NCBI GenBank assembly: GCA_965219445.1
Contig: CBDCNQ010000005.1
Location: 1,600,001 to 1,664,000, forward strand
DNA: 64,000 bases
Reading direction: 5' to 3'
Source of the DNA: Longimicrobiales bacterium
GTDB taxonomy: Bacteria; Gemmatimonadota; Gemmatimonadetes; Longimicrobiales; Gaopeijiaceae
The translations under genes and the position numbers were made by a program. Below the pieces are notes generated by a model. The model worked only from the letters and a program-made list of their open reading frames with translations, made no database searches and was not told the DNA's origin. Below, in pieces: positions 22,102 through 32,163 of the stretch; within the stretch, counting starts at the first letter, position 1, and every line of letters begins with the position of its first letter.

Positions 22102-22896
22102 ATGAAGAATCTTACCCAGACTGGTTCGCTCCGGGGCTGGCTTGTCGCTGTGGCGGTTCTTGCGGCTGCACCGGTCGGGACGGCCGCACAGACGGAGTTT
22201 CACTATCAGTACGGCAAGCTCACCAACCCCTTTGACGGAGCGCAGCACTACACGCACATCCTGACCTTCCAGCAGGCATCGAGCTGGTCGCTCGGCGACA
22301 GCTTCTTCTTCATCGACTTGCTCGACGACGGCGTCACGGACGGATTCAACGACATAGAGGTCTACGGCGAATGGTATCCCACCCTGAGCCTGGGTAGGCT
22401 CGCGGACCGGACGGTGGGCGCAGGACCGGTGAGGGATATCGCACTGATCGGGGGCATTAACTTCGACAGCGACGCCGACGTCTTCAAGTGGTTGCCCGGT
22501 GCGCGACTCTCCTGGGACATCCCTGGCTTCATCTTCTTCAACACCGACGTAACTGCCTTCATCGATGCCAGCAGCGGTGTGGACCAGGGAAGTGCGCCGA
22601 GGACGAATGACAGCTTCATGTTCGATGTAAGCTGGGGCGCCGCCTTCGATCTCGGTAGCCAGTCGTTCTGGTTCACTGGCCACGCGGAGTACATTGGTGG
22701 GACGACCAACGAACTCGGTGATGCCGTAGCGGGGTGGATCCTCGCGCAGCCGCAGCTTGGTTGGGATGTTGGAAAGGCACTGACGGACAGTGCCAATCAG
22801 CTCTTTGTCGGCGTCGAGTACCAGTACTGGTGGAACAAGCTGGGTGAGAACAACGACGACAACGTCCCACAGTTGTGGGTGATGTGGCGTCTGTGA
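22102..22896 (+). CDS. Tsx-like (nucleoside-channel-like) outer membrane protein
   Basis: Signal peptide, GDSFFFID, YGEWYP, GVEYQYWWNKLG. Confidence 0.7.
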   Translation: MKNLTQTGSLRGWLVAVAVLAAAPVGTAAQTEFHYQYGKLTNPFDGAQHYTHILTFQQASSWSLGDSFFFIDLLDDGVTDGFNDIEVYGEWYPTLSLGRLADRTVGAGPVRDIALIGGINFDSDADVFKWLPGARLSWDIPGFIFFNTDVTAFIDASSGVDQGSAPRTNDSFMFDVSWGAAFDLGSQSFWFTGHAEYIGGTTNELGDAVAGWILAQPQLGWDVGKALTDSANQLFVGVEYQYWWNKLGENNDDNVPQLWVMWRL

Positions 22897-22926
22897 TGTC
22901 TGGGCGCTGCCGCACAGGATAGTGAG

Positions 22927-25467
22927 GTGAACCAGAACGCGACGGACGCACAGGACGCGCCGACCACAGAGATCCGGTCGACAAAGAGGGGACTGCGTCT
23001 TGCGGCGCGAGGCTTCCTCGCGCTTGCCGCGCTGCTCACCGTCACGATCACCGCGACCTCTGCCACCATGCTCTACAACTCCGCCACCGCGCTTCGTGAC
23101 GGGGCGGAGGCGGCCGCCACGCACCTAGCGGAACTTCTGGCGGCAAGCTTCGCCGACATGGGTGAGATCTCGCTGGCCAATGTTGCCCGTACGCTCGATG
23201 CAACGCTCGACGACCAGATGATCGCACAGGCCCGCATCGCGGCACACCTCGTGGCGGCGGCCGAGGAAGCAGGGCAAGATCCCGGGCGCATCATCGAGAC
23301 CCTAGACGCGATCTTGGCGAGCACGGTGCTGGACGAGTTCTGGATCACGGACAATGTGGGCTTTTCCTATCTCACTAACGTCCGTGATGAGAACGGGGAG
23401 CTCGTGCCCTTCCGATTCGAGGCTGATCCGGCGGTGCAGCCACAGGCGTCGAAGTTCTACGTGCTCCTCGAATCGGATATCGACGACGACGATTTCATCA
23501 CACAGCCAGCGCAAGTCCGGGAGATCGATCAAGAAGTCTACAAGTACGTCGGAGTCGGCGGCGTCGATCAGGAGCGGATCGTGCAGATCGGCAATGCACT
23601 CGACTTTGGTGAGCAGGAGATTTTGACGAACGTCTACGCCACGGAGCGGGCGGACGTTTCGGCCGTGGTCGAGGGGATCATCGGTCAGCACATGCTGGCG
23701 CAGGCGACCATAGCGGGCCACTTCATCGTTGCGGCTGAGGAGGCCGGCTGGACGGCGGAGGAGATCAACAGCCGACTGCGACGTATCGCCGGAGCGACGG
23801 TCATCGGTGAAATCCGGGTTCTCGACCTGGACGGCTCGGTTGCCTACTCCAGTCTGCTTCCGCCGCTAGAAGGCGGGGCAGACGTACCCGTACCTCGTGT
23901 GGAGGAGATCACGCCGCTCCTGGAGGGTTCCGAGGGCAGCGTGGAATTTGCGACGGCCCCGCGCGCCTCGGACGGCGAGGTCTACAAGTACGTGGCGGCT
24001 GCCGGCGCCGGCTCGCCGCGGGTCGTGCAAGTTGGCGTACCCATCGAGGGTAGCTCGGGCAACCTGCTCTATGCCGTGTACCAGCGGGAGGCGGACCTGC
24101 TTGTCCGATCGCGTAATTTGGAGGCGCTCTGGGTCGTCAATCTTGACCGCGACTTGGCTGCGTCCGCGCCGCGGGCCGGACAGTCGGGCACCCAGCCGGT
24201 GGGCGCAGCCAGCGTCTTCTCGCGCCGGGCTGAATCGGTCGTGGAGCAGGCCATGGACCAGGGTCAGGTGGTGAGCGAGGCTAGCCTGAGCCTGCTGGCG
24301 CCCGCCGACCGCGGCATTTGGGTCGCCTCACCGATCATCAATACAGGAGGGATCCCGATCGGAGGGCTCGCGCTCGCGGTCAGCCTAGACGACATCGCCG
24401 GCACGGTTCGGGGCGAAGCACGGAACACGACCCTGATCGCTTTTGTCCTCTTCGCTCTTACCGGCGCCGCTGCGCTCTGGGGAACGCGGTGGCTGACGCA
24501 GCCCATCGAGGCCATCGCCACGGCAGCCCGCCAGGTGGAAGCGGGCAGGCAGCCGGACGATGGCTTGATTGAGCCAGTGATGGAACGGACCGACGAGCTG
24601 GGGAGCCTAGCACGGGTGTTTGACGCCATGACGATCCAAGTCTTCGACCGGGAGGAGCAGCTCGAGACGATGGTCTCGGCGCGGACCGAGGAGCTCCAGC
24701 AGAGCAACCGCAACCTGCGCCGTGCCCAGCGGGCACTGGAGCAGGACCTGGAGATGGCGAGGGTGGTGCAATCCGCACTAGTGCGTGAAGGCAACGTGGA
24801 TTTGGCCGGCTTCGCGGCCTACGCGCGGATGACCCCGGCGCAGCAGGTGGGCGGCGACTTCGTCGACGTGTTCGAGTCGTCCGAGGGCCAGCTGTTCTTC
24901 AGCGTTTGCGACGTCTCTGGCAAGGGGGTGGCAGCGGCCCTGTTCATGGCAGTGTCGCAGGGCACGATCAACGCTGCGGCCACCAAGAGCCAGAACGGCG
25001 GCGTCGGCGTAATCGCCACCGAAGCCAACCGTCTGCTCTGCAGCGAGAACCCGATGGGGCTCTTTGTGACCGGCATGCTCGCCATCGTCGACCTCGAGCG
25101 GGCCGTCATGGAATACGTCTGCGCTGGGCATGAGCCTGCTTTCCTGGTGAGCCCCGACGACTCCCGGCGAGTTCTCCCGCTGACTCGCGGGGTGCCGATG
25201 GGCGTGTTAGACGACTTCGAGTACGAGAGCCGCCAGGAAGAGTTGCGCCCCGGTGACTCGCTCTTCCTCTACACGGACGGACTCACGGACGCGGTGAACA
25301 TGAGCGGCGAGCTCTTCGGGAAGGAGCGGCTAGAGAAGACGCTCGACGGCGCATCCGCGCGCTCGCCCGAAGAGATCGTGGGCCACGTCTGGAGGGAGAT
25401 CGAAGCCTATTCCGCGGGAGCTCCCGCCGCCGACGACATGACCTGTCTAGTTCTGCGTCGCCGGTAA
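22927..25467 (+). CDS. Membrane sensor with HAMP and SpoIIE/PP2C phosphatase (RsbU-like)
   Basis: VGGDFVD, DVSGKG, CAGH, YTDGLTD, DDMT; two TM segments; DELGSLA HAMP. Confidence 0.92.
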   Translation: MNQNATDAQDAPTTEIRSTKRGLRLAARGFLALAALLTVTITATSATMLYNSATALRDGAEAAATHLAELLAASFADMGEISLANVARTLDATLDDQMIAQARIAAHLVAAAEEAGQDPGRIIETLDAILASTVLDEFWITDNVGFSYLTNVRDENGELVPFRFEADPAVQPQASKFYVLLESDIDDDDFITQPAQVREIDQEVYKYVGVGGVDQERIVQIGNALDFGEQEILTNVYATERADVSAVVEGIIGQHMLAQATIAGHFIVAAEEAGWTAEEINSRLRRIAGATVIGEIRVLDLDGSVAYSSLLPPLEGGADVPVPRVEEITPLLEGSEGSVEFATAPRASDGEVYKYVAAAGAGSPRVVQVGVPIEGSSGNLLYAVYQREADLLVRSRNLEALWVVNLDRDLAASAPRAGQSGTQPVGAASVFSRRAESVVEQAMDQGQVVSEASLSLLAPADRGIWVASPIINTGGIPIGGLALAVSLDDIAGTVRGEARNTTLIAFVLFALTGAAALWGTRWLTQPIEAIATAARQVEAGRQPDDGLIEPVMERTDELGSLARVFDAMTIQVFDREEQLETMVSARTEELQQSNRNLRRAQRALEQDLEMARVVQSALVREGNVDLAGFAAYARMTPAQQVGGDFVDVFESSEGQLFFSVCDVSGKGVAAALFMAVSQGTINAAATKSQNGGVGVIATEANRLLCSENPMGLFVTGMLAIVDLERAVMEYVCAGHEPAFLVSPDDSRRVLPLTRGVPMGVLDDFEYESRQEELRPGDSLFLYTDGLTDAVNMSGELFGKERLEKTLDGASARSPEEIVGHVWREIEAYSAGAPAADDMTCLVLRRR

Positions 25468-25815
25468 CGCCGCCCCGCCCGAGTCGCACTTGAGGCTCTG
25501 ATCACCCATGGGGTGAGCCACGGCCCCTGAGGGTGAAGCCGAACCGAGATCCAGATCACGATGCGGAGCGACTGCGGCACGCCGACCCTGATGAAGGAGG
25601 ACACCGGTCAGCCGTTGGATCCGCCGCAGAGACATGAATCCTGACGCCACGTCATCGCTGGAGGGACGGTCCCTCAGTGGTTCGGGGTTGCACGTAGTGG
25701 AGGGCCTCGCGGAGCGCATTTCCTACGAGTCCGCCGTCAAGGGGCCCGGCCTTGTCCCGCGACCAGGCAGTGACTAGAGTTGCGTGGTTGCCTGCACGGG
25801 AAGGGATCGTTCGCA

Positions 25816-26244
25816 ATGATGAATGAACTGCGCGTCTCGTTGGCACCCAGCCTGCCCGCAGTACGCGGCCTGGCGCAGATGGTAGAGGAATTCGGGGACG
25901 CCAACGATCTGCCGGATCAGAAGATCTACATGATCAACCTGGCCCTCGAGGAATTGATCACCAATATGGTGAGCTACGGTCTTCGAGGCGTGGCCCAACC
26001 AAAGATCGAGATCACCGTGCAGGTCAACGGTACCGTCCTGGTGCTGACCGTGGCGGACAACGGCCAACAGTTTGATCCGACGCAAGACACGAGTCCCGAC
26101 CTGTCATCGGCGGTGGACGATCGGCCGATCGGCGGCTTAGGGCTGCATCTGATCAAGACGTTTGCCGACCGCATGAAATACGAGTACGTGGAGGGCAAGA
26201 ACCGGCTGACGCTGGAACACGATCTCGCGCCACAGGCTGTGTGA
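25816..26244 (+). CDS. Anti-sigma factor / Ser-Thr kinase (RsbW-like)
   Basis: LALEELITN, DNGQQFDP, GGLGLHL. Confidence 0.9.
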   Translation: MMNELRVSLAPSLPAVRGLAQMVEEFGDANDLPDQKIYMINLALEELITNMVSYGLRGVAQPKIEITVQVNGTVLVLTVADNGQQFDPTQDTSPDLSSAVDDRPIGGLGLHLIKTFADRMKYEYVEGKNRLTLEHDLAPQAV

Positions 26245-26276
26245 CGAGGCCAGCGTAGCAACGAGGGGTGCATCGA

Positions 26277-26618
26277 ATGGATATCGAAGTCGGCGAGGAA
26301 CGCAGTGGCGAGGTGTTGGTGCTGGTGCCCATTGGACGACTGGACAGCGGAAACGCCAGCTCGTTCGAATCCATCGTCATGGATCGCGTCAGCAGCGGAG
26401 AGCTGCGCCTGATCGTCGACTTCAGTCGCCTCGACTTCATCAGCAGCTCGGGCTTGCGGGTGCTCCTCATCGCCGCCAAGGCGCTGAGGGTGGCGGACGG
26501 AACGCTCGTTCTCTGCTCCATGAAGGACCACATCGAGGAAGTCTTCCAGGTCAGCGGCTTCGGCCAGATCATTCCCATCAAGGAGTCTCGCAAAGCGGCC
26601 CTCTCCGTCGCGTCCTAA
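26277..26618 (+). CDS. STAS-domain anti-sigma factor antagonist (RsbV-like)
   Basis: GRLD, LDFISSSGLRVL. Confidence 0.92.
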   Translation: MDIEVGEERSGEVLVLVPIGRLDSGNASSFESIVMDRVSSGELRLIVDFSRLDFISSSGLRVLLIAAKALRVADGTLVLCSMKDHIEEVFQVSGFGQIIPIKESRKAALSVAS

Positions 26619-26699
26619 CGGGGATCACGTTGAGCATGCGCAGTAGTTGCCTTCGCTCGACGGAGATGCTAGGCGGGGAGAAGTCAGTGTGCATACGAC

Positions 26700-27100
26700 T
26701 TCGGTCGATGTCATGTCTTCGCGTGCCCGGGTCAGATCGCGTAGCACCTCCTGTTCCGGTCCCGGCACCCACACCGCGCTCAACTCCCCGGCGCGGTGAA
26801 GACGCGCCAGACTCAGCGCGTCGCGCCGGTCCGTCTTCATCCTATCCCCCCGGCTTGCGCGGGATCAGGCTCGGCGCCACCATCGCGCAGTGGTGCCCGG
26901 TCGCGATGATCTCCCGATACACCCCGTAGCCGCACGTGCTGGCTTCGTGGCAGAAGCTCAACACCTCCCCGTGTGGGCTCAGCTTGCCCATCAGACGAGA
27001 CCGCCCATAGCCAATCGCTTCAAAGGTGGCTCTGACCTGCGGCAACATATTCGGGCGGCCACGGCCAGCAACGACCTGCACTTGCTCCAAGGAATCGGCA
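26700..27100 (-). pseudogene. Remnant of a different IS110-family transposase
   Basis: [22 protein letters not shown], then (frameshift) [13 protein letters not shown]. Confidence 0.8.
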
Positions 27101-27289
27101 AGACGGATGAAACCTGCATCGGTGGGAACCCCCGCAAAGGAACCCGCCGTGACGACGACAAGCCCAGCCCGAGAGAGCGTGCAACCCGGAAGATCCCGGC
27201 TATCGGTGCCGTAGAACGCGGAGGGGCGCCTCGGTATGGCAATAGTTGGTGAGGGAGTCAACCCGGGTGGAATAGAGTGCCACCCACAC

Positions 27290-27560
27290 GGCGTCGGTCA
27301 ACACCGATCCCTCTCGGAGGGTGCAACGGCAATCACCGCGCGGTCGCGGTGGCGGAGTAGGTATTCTCCAGGGCCTGGAACGCGAGGAGTTGCGGATTGT
27401 CGTGCCTGAAGAGGACGAGGCAATCGCTCGTAACGACGATGAAGAGGGCGCAGGTCGTCACGGGCCGTCATGAGCGAGGCAGTGAACGCAGCAACCATCC
27501 AGTAGTGGCGCACGGTGGCGACGACGTAGCGGTCCAGCAGGGAAAGAGTCGTCGCTTCGA
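27290..27560 (-). pseudogene. Degenerate 5' fragment of an MMPL gene paralogous to 34424-36742
   Basis: LDRYVV...LFRHDNPQLLAFQALENTY...RAVIAVAP matches LDRYVA...LFSEDNPQLFAFDALENTY...RALIAVAP. Confidence 0.75.
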
Positions 27561-27595
27561 CTATCTCGGATCGGGAGCGAGGAGCTAGTCGATCG

Positions 27596-28792
27596 TCACC
27601 ACGGGTTTGATTGCGACGTGTGGACGTGGTCGGGCATCTTGTAGCTCAGCCCCTCGCCGTCGAACACCGATATCTGGAGAAGCTGGGTGAAATTATCCGA
27701 TCTGACCATCTTGTTGGTCCGCAACAATCGCAGAAAGCGCTGCTGCATCCGGTACTTGAACAGGGTCGCGAATTTGGGGTCCCGTGGAAAGTCGAAGCTG
27801 TCGGCGAGCTCGGTGCCGATGAGGCCCCGCGACAGACGGTAGGCCAAGCCCACCAATCTCTCCCGTTCAGCCGGGTCCTGTATGCCCGCAACCTTTGGAA
27901 TGGACTGGATCAACAAGTTGGCGACGGCTACAGAATCGGCATCCGGGGGCGGCTCGCACAGGTAGCCGATCTTGTACATCTTTTCCGCTTCCTCGGCGTT
28001 CGTATAGAGGATGGTTTCTGGTATCCCCATGAGGTAGCCGGCGTAGCGCCAGACGGCGAGAACGCTCTTCCTTTCATCCTTGCTGAATTTGGCGCCCAGC
28101 AACATCGAGTACTCCAGCAGCCGCTTCGAAAAGACGGAGATTGCGAAACCCAGGTGCGCCGCGCTCAACGGCGTCCCCCAGGCTTCGTGATTCCATTCAT
28201 CCGACTTCGCCAGCAGGCCCCGTATACGGGTATGAACGAACCGAATGCGCGTGGACAGCTTCCACCCCTCGCTGCTTCTCTGCAGGCCGGCAGGAAAGAA
28301 GATCTCCAGCATGTGGCGGTTGTTTTGCTGCAGACGCCTTCTGGTGCTCGCCACTCGCCCGGTAATGCTGAAGGACTTGGCGATGAGAGTCGAAAAGCCT
28401 TCCACCAGCACTCCCGTGACGAACGCGGCGAGCATCCGGTCCACGTTTTCGTGGAAGGCACGGACCCCGGGACGAAAACCTTCGTAGTAGAGCCACGGAG
28501 GCTCCCGGAAGTTCTTGAAGAAATCGCGCAAGGCACGCGGCGCGAGACGCAGAGCTTCCTCGTTCTGCTCTATGCCGGCCCCGATGAACCGGTGCAGGTC
28601 GCCTGGAGACAACTCCGCCGAGAGCTCCTCCATGAGCGGGTCGAGCTCGGGGTCACCGATGGTGACGTGCTTGAGGTAGTTATCGGCCAAGGCCTGATCG
28701 TAGAGACGGGCCTTTTCGTAGCCTTCGACGTACGCGGTGGGCATCTTTGGCGTGACGTCGCCGGTGACCGATGAGAAAACGACAGAATTCAC
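27596..28792 (-). CDS. MpaB/DUF2236 (Lcp-like) oxygenase family protein
   Basis: GDPELD, RIRFVHTRIR, WGTPLS, WRYAGYLMGIP. Confidence 0.8.
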   Translation of the reverse strand: MNSVVFSSVTGDVTPKMPTAYVEGYEKARLYDQALADNYLKHVTIGDPELDPLMEELSAELSPGDLHRFIGAGIEQNEEALRLAPRALRDFFKNFREPPWLYYEGFRPGVRAFHENVDRMLAAFVTGVLVEGFSTLIAKSFSITGRVASTRRRLQQNNRHMLEIFFPAGLQRSSEGWKLSTRIRFVHTRIRGLLAKSDEWNHEAWGTPLSAAHLGFAISVFSKRLLEYSMLLGAKFSKDERKSVLAVWRYAGYLMGIPETILYTNAEEAEKMYKIGYLCEPPPDADSVAVANLLIQSIPKVAGIQDPAERERLVGLAYRLSRGLIGTELADSFDFPRDPKFATLFKYRMQQRFLRLLRTNKMVRSDNFTQLLQISVFDGEGLSYKMPDHVHTSQSNPW

Positions 28793-29216
28793 GAGAAACC
28801 CTCCTGTGGCAACCTAATCGCGGCGATCGGACCCCACGGATGCTCAGGACGGGGGCACGGGCAACTGATGTCAAGGGGCTGCTCGTGGCAGGCCAAAGGT
28901 TATAAGCTTAGGCCAGTATGGTCCCCACTGTCAAGCCCATAACCAGTCGTTGCTTAATCTCGTACAGCATATGAGCGGACACATCGCGGCTACCGACTCC
29001 GCGGCCAGACGCCAGCTGCGACGGCCAGCGGATCCAGAGGGTTCCGTAGGAGCTAGGATCAAAGGCATCATAGGGGCATGGCGACCGCTACCGGTACCGA
29101 TCAGCAGCGAAGCAGCCCGAAGACGAAGAGGCGTTCTCCTCCGGGAGCGGGTGCGCGTTCATCATTATTCGCGCAAGCAAGCAACCCAACCCGTCCTACC
29201 CAAGAGGAGGATGCCG

Positions 29217-30464
29217 ATGGAGAGGTATATCGGACTCGACGCACACGCGTCGAGCTGCACGCTGGGGATTGTAGGCCCCAGCGGCAAGCGCTTGGGCTCG
29301 CAGGTGGTGGAGACGAACGCGCGGGCGCTGATCGAGGTGCTGCGAGGGATTCCGAGGAACCGGCACTTATGCCTGGAAGAAGGGACGCTGTCGGGGTGGC
29401 TGTACGAGGTGCTGAAGCCGCACGTGGAGGAGCTGACGGTGGCGGGGGTCGGCAAGAGCCGGGGCCCGAAGACCGACAAGCTGGACGCGTTTGCCCTGGC
29501 GGAGAAGCTGCGGATCGGATCACTGGAGACGACGGTCTACAAGAACCGGGGCCAGTTCAGGCGGCTGGGGGAACGGGCGAAGAGCTACGACTTCTTGGTC
29601 GGCGACACGGTGCGGGTGAAGAACCGGCTCAAGAGCGTGCTGCGCTCGAGAGGAGTGGCCTACGGCGCGGGGCGCTCGGTCTACTTAAAGCGCGACCGGG
29701 AGGAGTGGTTGGCCAAGCTGCCGGAAGCGAGCAGGACGACGGCCGGGTTGCTGTACGAGGAGCACGACGCACTCGTGGCATTGAGGGCGAAGGCCGAGAA
29801 GGCGTTGCTGGCGGAAGCACGCAAGCATCGAGAGTGGCATGTGCTGAAGACGTGCCCGGGTCTGGGTCCGATCCGGACGGCGGAGCTCCTGCCGGTGGTG
29901 GTGACGCCGTACCGGTTCCAGAGCCGGAGCAGGTTCTGGGCGTACTGCGGACTGGGCGTCGTGATGCGGAGCTCGTCGGACTGGGTGCGGGGTCCGGGTG
30001 GGCGGTGGGTAAGGGAACCGGTACAGCAGACGCGGGGGCTGAATCGGAACTTCAACCACACGCTGAAGCGTGTGTTCAAGGGCGCAGCGACGACGGTGAT
30101 CGGTCGGGCCGAGGACGAGCCCTTGTACCGCCACTACGAGCGACTCCTGGAGGGGGGCACGAAGCCGAATCTGGCGAAGCTGACGATCGCGCGTCAGCTC
30201 GCCTCGATCGTGCTAGCGGTGTGGCGCACGGGCGAAGCGTACGACCCAAGAGACTGGAAGCGACGGAGTAAACCGGCCTGGGATCGGCGAGCGTGGGGTC
30301 GAAAGCGGTCACAACATGGGGTCCGACGAAACGGAAGCGAACCGGTTACAGGGGACAGCATCCATACACACCGTGGGCCGGGGCAGAGAGCCCAAGCCCC
30401 CACTCAAAGGCTATGCACCCCTGGAAGAGCCGAACGAAGCGATGGGCCACAGAGTCCCAGATAG
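29217..30464 (+). CDS. IS110-family DEDD recombinase/transposase
   Basis: Same protein as copy 1. Confidence 0.92.
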   Translation: MERYIGLDAHASSCTLGIVGPSGKRLGSQVVETNARALIEVLRGIPRNRHLCLEEGTLSGWLYEVLKPHVEELTVAGVGKSRGPKTDKLDAFALAEKLRIGSLETTVYKNRGQFRRLGERAKSYDFLVGDTVRVKNRLKSVLRSRGVAYGAGRSVYLKRDREEWLAKLPEASRTTAGLLYEEHDALVALRAKAEKALLAEARKHREWHVLKTCPGLGPIRTAELLPVVVTPYRFQSRSRFWAYCGLGVVMRSSSDWVRGPGGRWVREPVQQTRGLNRNFNHTLKRVFKGAATTVIGRAEDEPLYRHYERLLEGGTKPNLAKLTIARQLASIVLAVWRTGEAYDPRDWKRRSKPAWDRRAWGRKRSQHGVRRNGSEPVTGDSIHTHRGPGQRAQAPTQRLCTPGRAERSDGPQSPR

Positions 30465-30644
30465 AAGGATGGTTCCCGCTCCAGAGCGGAGAACGCGACG
30501 GCTGTGAACGTCTTCCGGACTGCGATGCGGACCCTGCGAGCGCACCCCTCCCCACCCTGAGTCGTCGACCGGGCAATCCAAACCATGCGGACGCCGACGG
30601 TCAAAAAATGAGCCGACGGCGCGTGGGGAAGGTGCGTCTTGACC
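30274..30644 (+). ncRNA. Candidate bridge/seek RNA region, copy 2
   Basis: Same stem-loop at 30349-30423. Confidence 0.75.
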
Positions 30645-30757
30645 GCCAGCCCCATAGAAGGGTGTGTAAAAAAAGAGGCGACGTACCTTTCCGCTAGGTA
30701 GTAAGAAGTTAACCAGCGAATCCCGGGTGAGCGCCCGGGGGAAAGGAACGATGCCTC

Positions 30758-32002
30758 GTGAGGAAGAATATGGTGGGACCCGAGAGTGAGTCCAGCACGC
30801 CGACGTGGGAGTGCTTGGAAGCGCTGGTTCGTGAGAAGGCCCAGGAGATGGTCCAGCGGATTCTGGAGGAGGAAGTGACGGAGTTGCTCGGCCGGGAGAA
30901 GTCGGAGCGGAAGACGGTCGTAGACCCGGCGCCAGGCTACCGCAACGGCTACGGCAAGGCTCGGCGGCTGGCGATGAGCTCGGGCACGATCATGCTCCGA
31001 CGGCCCCGGGTTCGAGGCATTGAGGAGCGGTTCGAGAGTCGGGTGTTGCCGTTGTTCGCACGACGGACGAAGGAGGTGGGTGCTCTGCTTCCGGAGCTGT
31101 ATCTGCACGGGCTGGCGGAGGGAGACTTCGAGCTGGCGATGCGGGGCCTGCTGGGCGAGGGGGCCCCGTTGTCGAAGTCTTCGATTTGGCGGCTGCGGGC
31201 GGGATGGACAAGGAAATTCGAGGAATGGTCGAAGCGCTCGCTGGCCGACCGTGAGGTCGTCTACGTCTGGGCGGACGGGATCTACGTGAAGGCGGGGCTC
31301 GAGCGGGACAAGGCAGCGCTGCTGGTGGTTCTCGGTGCGATGCGAGATGGTACGAAGGAGGTGTTGGCCCTGAGATCGGGCTACCGAGAGTCGGTCGAGT
31401 CCTGGTCCGAGGTGTTGCGGGATCTGAAGGCACGCGGCATCGAGGCGCCCCGGCTTTTGATGGCGGACGGCAACGCGGCGATCTGGGGCGCAGTACGGCA
31501 GGTATGGCCTGAGGCGGGCGAGCAACGGTGCTGGAACCACAAGATGAGGAACGTGCTGGACCGGCTGCCTCAGCGGGAGCAGAGCGAGGCGAAGGACCTT
31601 CTCAGGACCGTGGTCTACGCACCGAGGCGGTCCGAGGCGCTGAAGGCCCGTGAGGCGTTCGCCAGGCGCTACAGACCGTGGTATCCGAAGGCGGTGGATG
31701 TACTCGAGGACGACTGGGAGCGGATGGTGGCGTTCTACGACTTCCCCGAGGACCACTGGAAGCATCTACGCACGACGAACGTGGTCGAGAGCCCCTTTGC
31801 CGCAGTACGGCTCAGGACAACGGCGGCGAAGCGCTTCAAGCGGGTCGAGAGCGCTACGGCGCTGATCTGGAAGCTGCTCTTGGTGGCGGAGAAGCGCTTC
31901 AGAAGGCTCGACGCTCCTCACCTCCTCAAGGACGTATTTGAAGGAAGAAAGTTCGAAGACGGAAAGCCCGTCTCAACCCAACAGCGGAAAAACGCCGCCT
32001 GA
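30758..32002 (+). CDS. IS256-family transposase
   Basis: Same protein as 13342-14586. Confidence 0.95.
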   Translation: MRKNMVGPESESSTPTWECLEALVREKAQEMVQRILEEEVTELLGREKSERKTVVDPAPGYRNGYGKARRLAMSSGTIMLRRPRVRGIEERFESRVLPLFARRTKEVGALLPELYLHGLAEGDFELAMRGLLGEGAPLSKSSIWRLRAGWTRKFEEWSKRSLADREVVYVWADGIYVKAGLERDKAALLVVLGAMRDGTKEVLALRSGYRESVESWSEVLRDLKARGIEAPRLLMADGNAAIWGAVRQVWPEAGEQRCWNHKMRNVLDRLPQREQSEAKDLLRTVVYAPRRSEALKAREAFARRYRPWYPKAVDVLEDDWERMVAFYDFPEDHWKHLRTTNVVESPFAAVRLRTTAAKRFKRVESATALIWKLLLVAEKRFRRLDAPHLLKDVFEGRKFEDGKPVSTQQRKNAA

Positions 32003-32163
32003 AACATTTACACACCTATTGACCCAACCTCGTTCCGTAGCCCAGTATGGCACTAGCCCTCCTAATCTTGACACAGGTGAGCCATCCTAGCTCCCTTTGC
32101 CGTGAGGCTGGGGGCTAACTGCCGCCTGGGCCGAGTTGCCTAGTACTGTCAAGGAGGCGAGCC

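Larger units (their letters stand above)
29066..30661 (+). mobile_element. IS110-family (IS1111-type) element, copy 2
   Basis: Near-identical to 11142-12737; same AAGG core. Confidence 0.92.
29050..32031 (+). mobile_element. IS256-family element, copy 2, left IR interrupted by IS110-family element
   Basis: Same ends as copy 1; 9-bp direct repeat GTTCCGTAG at 29041-29049 and 32032-32040. Confidence 0.92.

Noticed and set aside
27611..28774. 387-aa + strand ORF
   Set aside because: Antisense shadow of the MpaB-like gene.
11126..32031. The two IS256/IS110 composites as ends of one 21-kb compound transposon
   Set aside because: Each copy has its own matching target duplication, indicating separate insertions.
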